DNA from: Ignavibacteriota bacterium
GTDB taxonomy: Bacteria; Bacteroidota; Ignavibacteria; UBA10030; CAVZMI01
Assembly (NCBI GenBank): GCA_963835935.1
Contig: CAWIHK010000005.1
Location: 186,467-250,466 of the forward strand
Reading direction: 5' to 3'
DNA: 64,000 nt
Part shown: positions 30,131-41,074 of the stretch, in pieces
Layout: each line of letters begins with the position of its first letter
How positions within the stretch are numbered: the first letter of the stretch is position 1
The notes under the pieces: model-generated
The model's input: the letters and a program-made list of their open reading frames with translations, nothing else
What the model was told of the DNA's origin: nothing
The model's database searches: none
Made by a program: the position numbers and the translations under genes

Positions 30131-32133
30131 GTAGAGTAGGACAATAGTGCAGTGATGTACAGACTCTGTGAGCCCCGACCGTTTCTTTCCTTTCGGAAAA
30201 GTGTCCCTCTCAAGCAAGCCATCATCCTGTTATCCTATTGAACCCTCGTCAAACCGTACGTGAGGTTTTCCCTCATACGGCTTTCCTGAAAGCTTAACAT
30301 ACTACGGTGAAAGTCGTGCAACGTGGTAATCATTGAATAGTCCAAGTTGACCATAAAGATATTCCGACGTCAACTTACCCCATCCATATCCACGTCTCCC
30401 TCTACGTCGCCAAACAACATGCCGAATCCGTTTATTAACATAATTCGCCAGATCGTGCAATGCCGATGATCCATGTCCTAACCTGAAATATCCCATCCAT
30501 CCACATAGATAGCGGTTCAGATTATTCACCTGCTCCTTCACTCTTAGTGGAATTGAATGGTGAACATATTTCCGTACTGTAGCACGGAAGCGTTCCTGAC
30601 TTTTCGGATTTGGGTACACCAGTATCATACGAGTGCCGGTCTTTCTGCTTCTGGCATTATGAAATCGGAATCCTAAGAAGTCAACACTCATTCCTGTATT
30701 AAGCTTGAGTGTGCGTGTCTTCTCAGTGTTCAGGTGCAATCCCAGCCGCTCCAAATAGTGCTTTAGGATACCTACACCCTCTTCCAGATTCCGTTGTGCC
30801 AGAATCATCATGTCATCTGCATACCGTACAAGATGGATGGAACCATTTCTGATTGTTCCAAGTCCTTCTCGCTTGAACGCATGATCTACTGGATTCAAAT
30901 AAATATTTGCCAGTAACGGACTGATAACTCCTCCCTGAGGTGTGCCTTGTTTACTCTGGCGATGCTGGCCATCTTCGACATAGCCACAGCTTAACCACTG
31001 ATGTATTACTCGTAGAATCTCGCCATCCGATATTCGTCGGGCTACAAGTTTCATAAGTTTGCCGTGATCTACCGTGTCAAAGTATTTCTCCAAATCTACA
31101 TCGTAAATTTCAACACATCCCCAGTTCAGATATTTGTATATTTCCCGTATCGCATCATGCGCGCTCTTCTCCGGCCTGAATCCATAACTTGAGTCGGCAA
31201 AATCCGACTCAAAGATCGGCTCCAGCATAAACAAGAACGCTGTCTGAATCACACGATCACGAATGGTTGGTATGCCCAATGGACGTTGCTTTCCATTCGC
31301 TTTCGGAATATATACTCGCCGTACCGGTTTCGGCACATAACGACGTTCCTTCATCTCAAGCTGAAGTTCTGCAAGATAGTCTTCGATTCCCTTCTTCTCA
31401 ATATCCTCGAAGGTCTCTCCGTCTACCCCGCTTGCTCCACCATTGGCTTTCACCTTGCGATAAGCTTCAGCCAATACATCTGCACGATAGGTCTTATCGT
31501 ACAAACTGTAGAACCGAAACCTCGGCTCCTCTTTCGCCTTTGCATGCAACTTCTTCTGAAACTCCCGAAGCCACTCTGTGTTTGGTAGCTCACGCAATAC
31601 ACGCTCCTTTGTTTCTTTGTAAGTTTTCTTTCAGCAGGAGCCCTTCCCTCTGTCGTGTTTCCACGTCTTCATCGGTACTACGACTCCATCCGCCACCCTG
31701 CCATCTCCCCTCTCTTTCGTTTCCTTATAAGAGGGCTCTTCTCCATCTTTCTTTTTCTTCTGGGACAGCGAGGGCTTCCCAAGTCCCATTCCTGTTCTTT
31801 CCAGCCATGTCGTCGCTCATACCCCGGAGGTGACACATGATCGTATTCTCTCTATTCTCGATCAATTGTTAATGACTTCGCCCATAAAATAGGGACTCGT
31901 CCACCTCAACTTGTCTTTACGAGGCTACCTGTGCCTTCACATATTGTTACGACCTGGTTGTTTGCATAGCACCCTTTAAGGTTACATTGTCGAGTCGCTT
32001 AGCATGAAACCGTTTCCCGTCTCATACCGACTCCTTGCTACGTGGCGTTCAGAGTTTCACCACGGTCAGGACTTAGAGTAGAGCGCCCTCCCTCTTCACC
32101 TGACAAGATCAGGAATAGTTTACCTTGGCGCTC
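30131..32133 (-). mobile_element. Complete group II intron (2003 nt)
   Basis: 5' GAGCG at 32133; domain V AGCCGTATGAGGGAAAACCTCACGTACGGTT (~30250-30284); 3' end CCTACTCTAC at 30131; EBS1 loop ATTTTAT complementary to the last 7 exon nt. Confidence 0.9.
30302..31597 (-). CDS. ltrA: Group II intron reverse transcriptase/maturase, no endonuclease domain
   Basis: GASGVDG, RPLGIPTIRDR, GTPQGGVISPLLANIYL, RYADD, domain X; no C-terminal HNH. Confidence 0.95.
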   Translation of the reverse strand: MRELPNTEWLREFQKKLHAKAKEEPRFRFYSLYDKTYRADVLAEAYRKVKANGGASGVDGETFEDIEKKGIEDYLAELQLEMKERRYVPKPVRRVYIPKANGKQRPLGIPTIRDRVIQTAFLFMLEPIFESDFADSSYGFRPEKSAHDAIREIYKYLNWGCVEIYDVDLEKYFDTVDHGKLMKLVARRISDGEILRVIHQWLSCGYVEDGQHRQSKQGTPQGGVISPLLANIYLNPVDHAFKREGLGTIRNGSIHLVRYADDMMILAQRNLEEGVGILKHYLERLGLHLNTEKTRTLKLNTGMSVDFLGFRFHNARSRKTGTRMILVYPNPKSQERFRATVRKYVHHSIPLRVKEQVNNLNRYLCGWMGYFRLGHGSSALHDLANYVNKRIRHVVWRRRGRRGYGWGKLTSEYLYGQLGLFNDYHVARLSP

Positions 32134-33655
32134 ATTTTATCAGCACCATTTTCTTCATCGAATTGAAGCCGCATGCTTCCAGCCGATAAAAGTATATGCC
32201 TGAAGCAAAACTGCTAGCATCGAATGTTATCGAATAATTCCCCGGATTAAGTCTGTCTTCGAGAATCATTTTTACTTGTTGGCCTAAAATATTATAGACA
32301 ATTAACTTTACATTTGACACCTTTGGCAGCGAAAAATCAATCGTTGTTGTCGGGTTGAATGGATTTGGATAATTCTGTGATAACGAATACTTCGTTGGTA
32401 GAACTCCAGATGCAATTTCTTTTATATCTGTTTGCAGGTCAATGGTTACATCGTCTGGATAATTATCATACATGTAATTCAAAGATAACCAGGTATCCGC
32501 CGCTGAATCAGTCGGTCCGAAATCTGTCCACGACCATACTATTGCACCTGCATATCCATTCAGATACAAGAAGGGAAAAAGATCGAGACTGGCCACTCCA
32601 TTAGTCGCTTGCATACTAAATTCAGCGAGAACAACTGCTTTGTCCAGTTTCCAGTGTGAACAAGGAAAAAGGAATGGGCAATAAGAAGCGCCGTTCTGAG
32701 AATAATAATGTACACAATAGAAATCAAGCGTCCCGAGAGAATCCTTTCCGGCAGCTATCAACCGATCATCTCTATAAAAATTAGAATTCGAGAGGGGCTC
32801 AATTTCTTCAAGATATGTAAGATATTCATCGACGGTCAGAATCGTCCTGTGGTGAAGATTAAATTCATGTACGATTTTCAATTTTTGTTCAGGAGAGAAT
32901 GTATTGAAAAGTTCCGATCCACGAGTTGAAACTTTTGCAACAACATTCACATCGGTCAATGTTTGAAAAGTCACCGCACCGCTTGTAACAAGAGCTTTCG
33001 GATCGGTTCGATGAATTGCACCAGCCATTAAATTAACAGAGCGCTGAATACTTGCCATTGGAACGTGATCACGTCCGCCCCAGCCATATTCATTTGAGAT
33101 ACCTTCCGGTTCGTTAAAAATTTCCCATGCAACGATAGCGGGATGTCCTTTTACGGAATCCACCATTGGAATCAACGCATTGCGGATATAGGCGTTGGTA
33201 TAGGCTGTATCAGTCAGCAGTTTAGCATTGCGGTGCAACCTCACAGTATCCAACTCTGACTGATTCAGCATATCATGAGACCACAAGCATAGAATCAATC
33301 CAACGTTATCCCGCTGAGCCTGATCCAGTATTTGCTTTAAATCTGCAGTTGCAAAAGATCCAGGCCCTGTCACATATCCATCTATATCGAAATCAGGAGT
33401 ACTCGCCCCATTTGTATTGAGCCAAAACCGCATAACATTCCCGCCATTGCCGCTCACGTTTTGAAATTCAATATCAAATTGGGTGAGATCGGGTGCGCCT
33501 GGTCCAATATCATTGGCAAAATTTACCCATGCAATATTTAATCCGCTTATAAATATGTTTTTACCTGCAAAATGTATTCTGGATTGAGAAGTACTAATTT
33601 GTGGTACGATCATCGATAATATTAATAATAATAAAATTATTTTGACAATGTTCAT
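32132..33655 (-). CDS. GH5 endo-mannanase-like enzyme with T9SS sorting domain
   Basis: NIAWVNFANDIG, WEIFNEPE, HYY, LAEF; C-terminal QNYPNPFNP...KKMVLIK. Confidence 0.8.
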   Translation of the reverse strand: MNIVKIILLLLILSMIVPQISTSQSRIHFAGKNIFISGLNIAWVNFANDIGPGAPDLTQFDIEFQNVSGNGGNVMRFWLNTNGASTPDFDIDGYVTGPGSFATADLKQILDQAQRDNVGLILCLWSHDMLNQSELDTVRLHRNAKLLTDTAYTNAYIRNALIPMVDSVKGHPAIVAWEIFNEPEGISNEYGWGGRDHVPMASIQRSVNLMAGAIHRTDPKALVTSGAVTFQTLTDVNVVAKVSTRGSELFNTFSPEQKLKIVHEFNLHHRTILTVDEYLTYLEEIEPLSNSNFYRDDRLIAAGKDSLGTLDFYCVHYYSQNGASYCPFLFPCSHWKLDKAVVLAEFSMQATNGVASLDLFPFLYLNGYAGAIVWSWTDFGPTDSAADTWLSLNYMYDNYPDDVTIDLQTDIKEIASGVLPTKYSLSQNYPNPFNPTTTIDFSLPKVSNVKLIVYNILGQQVKMILEDRLNPGNYSITFDASSFASGIYFYRLEACGFNSMKKMVLIK

Positions 33656-33874
33656 ATTATTCTCCTTAATTTATTTCTAATACTTTTTTAATATCAACAT
33701 TTAATTTTGTACCAGAATCAAAAGTTATTTTTTAAATTCAGTTTTTCTTTAATTAAAGTCAATCTTTGTCGCCTATATCTTCCATTGGATAAATCAATCT
33801 CGCATCTTCTTCTGCAATTATCCCGACGATAATTGCCAACAGCTATAATAAAACAATGTTCCAGAGACTTTGAG

Positions 33875-35419
33875 TCATTTTTCAACAACCATCTTTTTGC
33901 TATCCCTATGACTGCCGGCAATTAGATGATAGAAATAAATGCCTGAAGATAGTTTACCTGCGTCGAATGTAGTAACATGATGTCCGGCAAATTGATGGTC
34001 ATTCACAAGGATGGCGACACATTGTCCTAGAGTATTGTAAACTTTTATCTGCACATTGATCGGTTCATTCAGATCGTATTCAATCGTCGTAACAGGATTG
34101 AACGGATTCGGATAGTTTTGGTACAGGCGAAATCTCTTAACCACAGGTCTACCATAAACGTCAATTGAATCTTCTAAATTCGACATCATGATAGAATATT
34201 TTTTAAAAATGCTAATTGTAGATGTATCAGTATCGTAAACAGAATTTAATCCTTGCGCCTCCATCGGCGGATCGCAGACAAAAGGATCGCCAGGTCGCCA
34301 TCTAAAATTGGAATTTGGACTTCGTCCCTCTCCTCCCCAACCCCAGAAATTCGAACCCGCGATCGGCGCGCCTGCAGCAGCGCTGTCGTAAATCAACTTC
34401 AACAATTCGTTGAAATATTGATCACGATATGTAGTCGGACTTCCGGGATTGAATGCCGAAGAATCTCTCTGCAAACCATACTCTTCCATTGCCAACGGTT
34501 TGTTCAATGTTCTTGCAAGAGCAATGTGTTCTTGTATATAAGCTTTCGCCTTCACTAAAGCCGACGAATAGCTTTCTGCACCGGTAACCGGGTGCATCGG
34601 ATCGTACCATCTCCAGTTGTACGCCCAGAGATGGATTGTTGCGTAGTCGATGAACAAACTTTGATGTGCACTTATGAAAATCGATTCCGAACCATTCGAT
34701 CCGATCGTTCCTTCACTACCGGTAGTTACAAGATGGTTCGGGTCGATTGAATGGATATAATAAGAAGTACTGTCAATCCAATTATCAAATATTGCAGTGC
34801 TTCCAGCCGGCCGGGGTTCGTTGGCGAGTTCCCACGCCATGATCGCCGAATCCTCATAGTAACGTAATCCTGAAACAGTATTTACTCGATTGACAAGATC
34901 GAAGATATATTCCCTGTAATCGGTGTTTGCCAGACTATTTTGATAAAATACTGAACCTTTAACCGGGAACCATGTTTCATATTGTGACATTCCTCCGGAC
35001 CATGTCCAGAAATTATTCAAAAAAATGACTGCATGTAAATTTCTTTTGTTCATTTCCGAAAGTAAATAATCCAATCCGACTAGAAGCGAATCATCATAAA
35101 CACCAGGTGATGTCTGGATCGCCGGTGTAATTGCGTCAGATGCTTTTGATGCTTCCGATGCTCCGAGAATTCTTAGATTATTAATTCCCGCATCTCTCAA
35201 ACGATCGAGTTCGCGAAGAAGCCGTTCGCGATTTCCAGTGACGCCTGTCGAGCCGAGATAGCATCCGTACCAAAAATTGGCGCCGACAAAATAGTACGGT
35301 TTCCCATCATACACGAAATGTGTTCCATTGATTTGAATAAATCCAGATTGGGAATGAACAGATGAAACTAAAAAAATCAGAATTACCCAGAAACGAATTT
35401 TATTAAGCTTATTTTTCAT
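33875..35419 (-). CDS. GH5 (subfamily 7-like) beta-mannanase with T9SS sorting domain
   Basis: NNFWTWSGG, WELANEPR, IHLW, MEEYG; CTD QNYPNPFNP. Confidence 0.9.
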   Translation of the reverse strand: MKNKLNKIRFWVILIFLVSSVHSQSGFIQINGTHFVYDGKPYYFVGANFWYGCYLGSTGVTGNRERLLRELDRLRDAGINNLRILGASEASKASDAITPAIQTSPGVYDDSLLVGLDYLLSEMNKRNLHAVIFLNNFWTWSGGMSQYETWFPVKGSVFYQNSLANTDYREYIFDLVNRVNTVSGLRYYEDSAIMAWELANEPRPAGSTAIFDNWIDSTSYYIHSIDPNHLVTTGSEGTIGSNGSESIFISAHQSLFIDYATIHLWAYNWRWYDPMHPVTGAESYSSALVKAKAYIQEHIALARTLNKPLAMEEYGLQRDSSAFNPGSPTTYRDQYFNELLKLIYDSAAAGAPIAGSNFWGWGGEGRSPNSNFRWRPGDPFVCDPPMEAQGLNSVYDTDTSTISIFKKYSIMMSNLEDSIDVYGRPVVKRFRLYQNYPNPFNPVTTIEYDLNEPINVQIKVYNTLGQCVAILVNDHQFAGHHVTTFDAGKLSSGIYFYHLIAGSHRDSKKMVVEK

Positions 35420-35420
35420 T

Positions 35421-38336
35421 TTATTCCTTCGAAGGAACTGCCTGACGTGACAAGACTTTCTCTGCTTGAATTTTTAAAACAGCATCCATCAAACCGGCAG
35501 AAGCAGCAGTCAATACTATATCGCCTGGTTGCTTGTCCGATTGTATTATAACTTGTGCCAGGCCATTAAACACCTTCCGCTTCCAAGTACCGGCCAGTTT
35601 GACGAATTGTACAATACCAGGATCCGTATTCAAAATATCGTATTGAAGTCTTTTTTTCAACGGAGAGCCTGCAGCGGCAAAAATATTTTTTCCTTTACGG
35701 AGTATCGCATGATCGAGTTTATAAGGCCGGACGGAATCGTCACGTTTAATCTTTCCACTAATCAAACATCCGTTAATATACACGGCTTGTTCTTCGCCTA
35801 AACTTTTCGGCCATAGTGTTACTTCAGCGCTTTCATCAAAATCGAGCAGATTGAATGTACCGCGAATCACGACTGTCTTTGCCGAATCATTTGCTTTAAC
35901 ATTATAATTGCCTTGTTCATCGAGTGCTTTTGGCCATGACGAATCATCAGCATCGAATTTTACATCGGGATTTGGTTCCGTCAATAGCTCAACACGAGCG
36001 CATAGGTTTTCAATTTTTAACTGTTGAACGCTCTCAATGTACCTGTCGGATTCATGCGACGATGGATCACCGTTTCCTACTCCAATTATTTTCCCGGGCC
36101 CCTTAAGCGAAAATGAAATTTCATTTCCTGCAATAGGCACAATTCTTCCTAAAGAATCAACCACTTGAATTGTAATCACCGACACGTCTTCGCCATTTGC
36201 CTTTATAATAGACCCGCCATCGGGAATAATCTTGACTGCGGCCGGTTCGCCTGCCGTTTCAATTTTATCGGTTATGACCTTCTCATTATTTTTATAACCA
36301 TAAGCAATTAAAGTACCCGGTTCATACTTGACAGGCCACTCCAGATGCGAATTATTTTCCATCCGTTTTCGTCCCAGGCTTTTCGTGTTTAAGAAGAGCT
36401 CGACTTCATCACAATTACTGTACACTCGAACATCTATCTGTTTTTCTTCATGCCAATTCCAATGCGTCGCGATGTGCAACACAGGTTTATTACCCCACCA
36501 TGACTTGAAATAATAGAAAATATCCTTCGGGAATCCGCAAACGTCAAGAATTCCGTATTGCGAACTTACCGCAGGCCAGCCATAAGGATTCGATTCACCT
36601 CGATAATCGAATCCGGTCCAATAAAAAAGTCCGGATAAAAAAGGACGGCTGGTATAAAACTTCCATCCAAACTCTGCACTCGGATTATCAGCCGCAAGAT
36701 TTTTCGGAGCCATGTGGGCTTGAGCATCGTCTGTTTCATATATACCGCGAGTACCTATTGTGTTGGTTTCTTCACTGCCGATCCCTGCCTGCCATGGAAA
36801 TTGTCGATGATGCTCGTCGATATTTCCATGTACGATATAATTAAATCCGGCGACTTGGCTCACTGTCCCGATTCCATCATCCCATCCGCCACTGCTCGCA
36901 ACTGTGAAGGCACGTGACGAATCGAGATGCCGAGCAAAATTCTGCATCGTCGCGGTAATGCGCGCACCTTTGATGTTGCCTTCGATTGCCCATTCTTCAT
37001 TTCCTAATGACCATAGAATCACAGAAGGATGATTGCGATCCCGCTTTATAAACTGTTCGAGGCATTGCAAATGCTCTTCGTTAATTCCCATCAGCCTGTT
37101 CTCATCGAGAACGAGCATGCCGAGACGATCGCACGCATCGAGAAATTCCGGTGTGGGAGGATTGTGCGATGTTCGAATTGCATTACTACCCATTTCTTTT
37201 AATCGCCGGACGCGGTATTCTTGCAGAGCGTCGGGGATTGCGGTACCAACACCGGCATGATCTTGATGATCACAAGTACCAAGAATTTTCAAATGTTTTC
37301 CATTCAAGAAAAAACCTTCATTCGGATCGAAACGAACCGTTCGGATTCCGAATACGGTTTCATACGCATCGATCACTTTGCCATTCGATCGAATGATTGT
37401 TTGAAGCTTATACAGATACGGTTTTACGACTGACCATAATTTAGGTTTGGTAAGATTGTAGGAACTGAAATATTCCTGCTGATTTCCGGAACCAAGCGAA
37501 ACATGTTTTCTGGAACCTGAAGTTATTGTCTTGCCTTCGGCATCGATGATGTTTTCTTCAATGTCAAAAACAGAATTATTCTTCGATTCATTTACAACGG
37601 TAGTGCGGACGGTAACGCGAGCGATGCGATTCTTCAATTCTGTGGTGATAAACGTTCCATGCCTGGCAACATGAAGCGGAGCTGTTTTAGTAAGCCAGAC
37701 GTGTCGATAAATTCCAGCTCCTTCATAAAACCAACCTTCTTCCATTGTTGCATCGACTCGAACAGCGACTACGTTATCGCCGCCGTAATTCAGATAGTCG
37801 GTTATATCATAGCTGAAACTGGAGTAACCGCTATGTTCCGTCCCGAGATAAAATCCATTTACCCATACAATTGAATTTCGGAAAACACCGTCGAATTCAA
37901 TAGAGATGCGTTTACCGAGATCCGATTCGGGAATCGAAAAAGTTTTTCGATACCATCCTACACTGTTCTGCGGGAAGTCGCGTCCGATTGTTTTGTATCC
38001 ATGACTATGTCCACCGCGTGAGTCGAAGAGAAGTTCTACGCACCAATCATGCGGGAGATCGAGTTTCCGCCAGGCGCGATCATCGAAGTCTTTCGACGCA
38101 GGCCCGTCTCCATATCCCGCTTTGGTAAAGTAAGAAAAATATCCTGTTGCGTGGTTGAAGTCTTTCCCGACGTCGAACGAATGGCCAAAGGCAAAGCGCC
38201 ATCCCGGATCCATTAGTAATCGTTCGCGTCCGATAACCGGTTTGTTTGTTTGATTTGCTTGTTCTTGGGCGAAAATAGATGAAATTACAGGAACAATGAA
38301 CATACTGATAATCAAAAAACTCTTAATTTTATGCAT
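35421..38336 (-). CDS. Glycoside hydrolase family 2 (beta-galactosidase-like)
   Basis: GWFYEGAGIYR, HQDHAG, RTSHN, WSLGNEE, WTGFDYRGE motifs. Confidence 0.92.
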   Translation of the reverse strand: MHKIKSFLIISMFIVPVISSIFAQEQANQTNKPVIGRERLLMDPGWRFAFGHSFDVGKDFNHATGYFSYFTKAGYGDGPASKDFDDRAWRKLDLPHDWCVELLFDSRGGHSHGYKTIGRDFPQNSVGWYRKTFSIPESDLGKRISIEFDGVFRNSIVWVNGFYLGTEHSGYSSFSYDITDYLNYGGDNVVAVRVDATMEEGWFYEGAGIYRHVWLTKTAPLHVARHGTFITTELKNRIARVTVRTTVVNESKNNSVFDIEENIIDAEGKTITSGSRKHVSLGSGNQQEYFSSYNLTKPKLWSVVKPYLYKLQTIIRSNGKVIDAYETVFGIRTVRFDPNEGFFLNGKHLKILGTCDHQDHAGVGTAIPDALQEYRVRRLKEMGSNAIRTSHNPPTPEFLDACDRLGMLVLDENRLMGINEEHLQCLEQFIKRDRNHPSVILWSLGNEEWAIEGNIKGARITATMQNFARHLDSSRAFTVASSGGWDDGIGTVSQVAGFNYIVHGNIDEHHRQFPWQAGIGSEETNTIGTRGIYETDDAQAHMAPKNLAADNPSAEFGWKFYTSRPFLSGLFYWTGFDYRGESNPYGWPAVSSQYGILDVCGFPKDIFYYFKSWWGNKPVLHIATHWNWHEEKQIDVRVYSNCDEVELFLNTKSLGRKRMENNSHLEWPVKYEPGTLIAYGYKNNEKVITDKIETAGEPAAVKIIPDGGSIIKANGEDVSVITIQVVDSLGRIVPIAGNEISFSLKGPGKIIGVGNGDPSSHESDRYIESVQQLKIENLCARVELLTEPNPDVKFDADDSSWPKALDEQGNYNVKANDSAKTVVIRGTFNLLDFDESAEVTLWPKSLGEEQAVYINGCLISGKIKRDDSVRPYKLDHAILRKGKNIFAAAGSPLKKRLQYDILNTDPGIVQFVKLAGTWKRKVFNGLAQVIIQSDKQPGDIVLTAASAGLMDAVLKIQAEKVLSRQAVPSKE

Positions 38337-38554
38337 AGCAAAACCTGATATTTTAGAGATATAATTCTATTATTAATTCAATATAACCCTCTATTTCGAA
38401 TCAATCAAACAAGATTTTTCATTCAACAATTCTGTAATGAGAACGAGCAAATCGGTATGATTATTCACATTTGCTTCTATTGAGGTTTTTTAATATCATA
38501 GTCAGGCCGTATTCTTTGCAGTATATGTTTTCTTATTCGATTACAGGAAACAAT

Positions 38555-39460
38555 ATGATCGCTCAAGAATTTCTCACCAAAATTCCAATCTTTCAACAAC
38601 TTTCTCCGACCGAACTTGAGACGATAACTTCGCTCTGGCATCCGCATCCAGCGAAGAGACACGACGTCATATTCCGAAAAGGCGATATTGGATCCTCGAT
38701 GTTCATCATTGAAGAAGGCTCGGTCGAAATTTCTATACCTGGCGATAACAAGACGAAAGAAATTCGCGTGTCGCTTTTATCAAAAGGTGATTTTTTCGGT
38801 GAACTTTCTATCATCGATGGATTGCCAAGAACAGCTACTGCAAACGCAGTCGATGATTGTAAATTACTCGAAATGAACCGGAAAGATTTTATTAATTTTT
38901 TGACCCATCATCCGACTGTCTCAATCTCTGTGATAAGCGAGATAGGAAAACGCCTGCGCGCAACCAACGAACTTGTGACATCGCTGGCTTCTAAAAATGC
39001 AAATGTGGAAATGGATGAGCGAATGAGCTTCGGCGATAAACTCGCGGATAAAGTCTCGGACTTTGTCGGAAGCTGGATGTTTCTTATTATCTACTTCATT
39101 TGTGTGTTAGCCTGGTGCGCATTAAATTTGGCCGAAATCTTATTCGTGCCCTTCGATCCATATCCATTCATTTTTCTTAATCTTCTTCTTGCGGTCGTAG
39201 CATCGATGCAAGCTCCTTTGATCATGATGAGCCAGAATCGCGCACAGATAAAAGATCGCCTCAAAGCCGAACTTGATTATCAGGTTAACTTAAAATCTGA
39301 AGTGATGCTGCAGCAGCTTCATGCTAAGATCGACGAAATCCGTTCTGCAGAACTCCTTGAACTGCAAATCATGCATCAATCGTTAGAAAAAAAGTTAGCA
39401 CATATCCAGAATATTGTGAGAGAGGATAAAAAGGGACACAAACAAAAACAAAAAAACTAG
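38555..39460 (+). CDS. Cyclic-nucleotide-binding domain plus DUF1003-type membrane domain
   Basis: FFGELS...PRTATA cNMP motif; FDPYPFIFLNL...QAPLIMMSQNR; start moved to ATG 38555. Confidence 0.88.
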   Translation: MIAQEFLTKIPIFQQLSPTELETITSLWHPHPAKRHDVIFRKGDIGSSMFIIEEGSVEISIPGDNKTKEIRVSLLSKGDFFGELSIIDGLPRTATANAVDDCKLLEMNRKDFINFLTHHPTVSISVISEIGKRLRATNELVTSLASKNANVEMDERMSFGDKLADKVSDFVGSWMFLIIYFICVLAWCALNLAEILFVPFDPYPFIFLNLLLAVVASMQAPLIMMSQNRAQIKDRLKAELDYQVNLKSEVMLQQLHAKIDEIRSAELLELQIMHQSLEKKLAHIQNIVREDKKGHKQKQKN

Positions 39461-39491
39461 CCACATCTTTCTTAAAAAAGTTGTGGCTAGT
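39456..39491. terminator. Hairpin between convergent genes
   Basis: ACTAGCCACA...TGTGGCTAGT. Confidence 0.6.
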
Positions 39492-39603
39492 TCGTACAAT
39501 CTTGTATTGAATTAGACGTCTGCTTGAAAAAAACATACCTCTCCGAGGGGCAATACCGAAAAATCTTCCACCAATAATAACCGCCCCGTGAAAGTGCGGC
39601 AGC

Positions 39604-40812
39604 CTATTTACTCAATCTTACCATCACAACATCGTGAGCCGGTACTTCGGCTTTAAAAATTTCATCCGTTGTGCCGACATCCTTCTTCAACCACAAATCG
39701 CGGACGTTATACACCTTTTTATCAAACTTGATATCCATTTTCGAAAAGCCATCTTGCATGCCGTATTTTTTCCAATCATGTTCGATCTTCCTCGGTTTGT
39801 CGCCGCGGTTAAAGAAGCACACGACTACTTCATCATTCTTCAGCGGTTTCGCCCACACTTCCAAATCTCCAAAATTCAATTGCCTGAATCCCTGAACACC
39901 GAGTGAATCCTGATCGATTGCGATGACTTCTTTATTTGTAAGAATGGAATTCGTTTCTTTACTCAAATTACGAAGATCGTTGCCTGCAATTAAGGGAGCT
40001 GCCAGCATGCACCACATCGAGAAATGTGCGCGGTCCTCATTAACCGTCATGCCGTTTCCGACTTCAAGCATGTCGGGATCGTTCCAGTGACCAGGTCCTG
40101 CATACTCACGCAATCCGGTTTGCATATCGATGATTTTTGTAACACCGAAAGTAGTCCATGTTCCGTAATTGAGTTCACAATTCCAACACCTGTAAATGTC
40201 ACCGGTTGTCCGCCACAAATGGCCGACATCTTTGGCCCACAACCATGGCTTGTTGTTTCCCCATTCACATAAACTAAACACTACCGGCCTACCTGCCGCC
40301 GTTAATGCCATACTCATGGTTGTATAGGCGCCGACTGCGCTCAATCCGTCTGTGTTGCACCAATCATATTTCAGATAATCGGCTCCCCATGATGCATACG
40401 TGATTGCATCCTGATATTCATGGCCGCGGCTTGCCGGATAGCCGCCGCAAGTATTGATACCCGCGCACGAGTAGATACCGAATTTTAATCCCTTTGAGTG
40501 AATATAATCGGCCAACGCTTTTATTCCCGATGGAAACCGTTTTGGATCGGGATGAATGAAACCGAGACTATCGCGAACTCCTTGCCAGCAATCGTCGATG
40601 ACGATATATGTGTACCCTGCGTCTTTCATTCCTGTCGCAACCATGGCATCGGCCATACCGCGAATAAGCGTTTCGTCGACATTACACGCGAATGTATTCC
40701 AGCTGTTCCATCCCATCGGCGGAGTAAGCGCCAGGTCTTTGAATTTTTGCGCGAAGAGTTGGGTAGAACTAACCAACATCGCAACAATGATGATTTTGTA
40801 AAAGAATTTCAT
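39604..40812 (-). CDS. GH27 alpha-galactosidase
   Basis: TPPMGWNSWN, IDDCW, YLKYDWC, WRTTGD, WNDPDMLEVG motifs. Confidence 0.96.
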   Translation of the reverse strand: MKFFYKIIIVAMLVSSTQLFAQKFKDLALTPPMGWNSWNTFACNVDETLIRGMADAMVATGMKDAGYTYIVIDDCWQGVRDSLGFIHPDPKRFPSGIKALADYIHSKGLKFGIYSCAGINTCGGYPASRGHEYQDAITYASWGADYLKYDWCNTDGLSAVGAYTTMSMALTAAGRPVVFSLCEWGNNKPWLWAKDVGHLWRTTGDIYRCWNCELNYGTWTTFGVTKIIDMQTGLREYAGPGHWNDPDMLEVGNGMTVNEDRAHFSMWCMLAAPLIAGNDLRNLSKETNSILTNKEVIAIDQDSLGVQGFRQLNFGDLEVWAKPLKNDEVVVCFFNRGDKPRKIEHDWKKYGMQDGFSKMDIKFDKKVYNVRDLWLKKDVGTTDEIFKAEVPAHDVVMVRLSK

Positions 40813-41074
40813 TGCTTGCCTCGTATGTGATTTATGTTGAAAATACTTTCAATGATTTTGAGAATAAAAAATATTCACTCACATTGTTGTGGATTAATGA
40901 ATCGTACCAGTTAATAAAGTTATTATATTAGTGAAAGTTAATTAACGAATTGTTTCCGACATATTCAATCCGTATCAAAAGAAAGTACTTATTGATTTTG
41001 GCAGAAGATTTTCATTCTTTGAAATAGACGGAATTCGACAAACTCAAACTATCAGAATTAAATGAATTTAGATT

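Noticed and set aside
15495-31597. Diversity-generating retroelement (Avd-like four-helix protein plus RT)
   Set aside because: The RT lies within a complete group II intron 15 kb away, and I saw no TR/VR pair with adenine-specific mismatches.
30302-31597. Retron or defence-type reverse transcriptase
   Set aside because: Domain X, domain V/VI RNA and EBS1-IBS1 pairing identify a group II intron.
31267-31833. 188-aa plus-strand ORF
   Set aside because: Antisense shadow of the intron RT and intron RNA.
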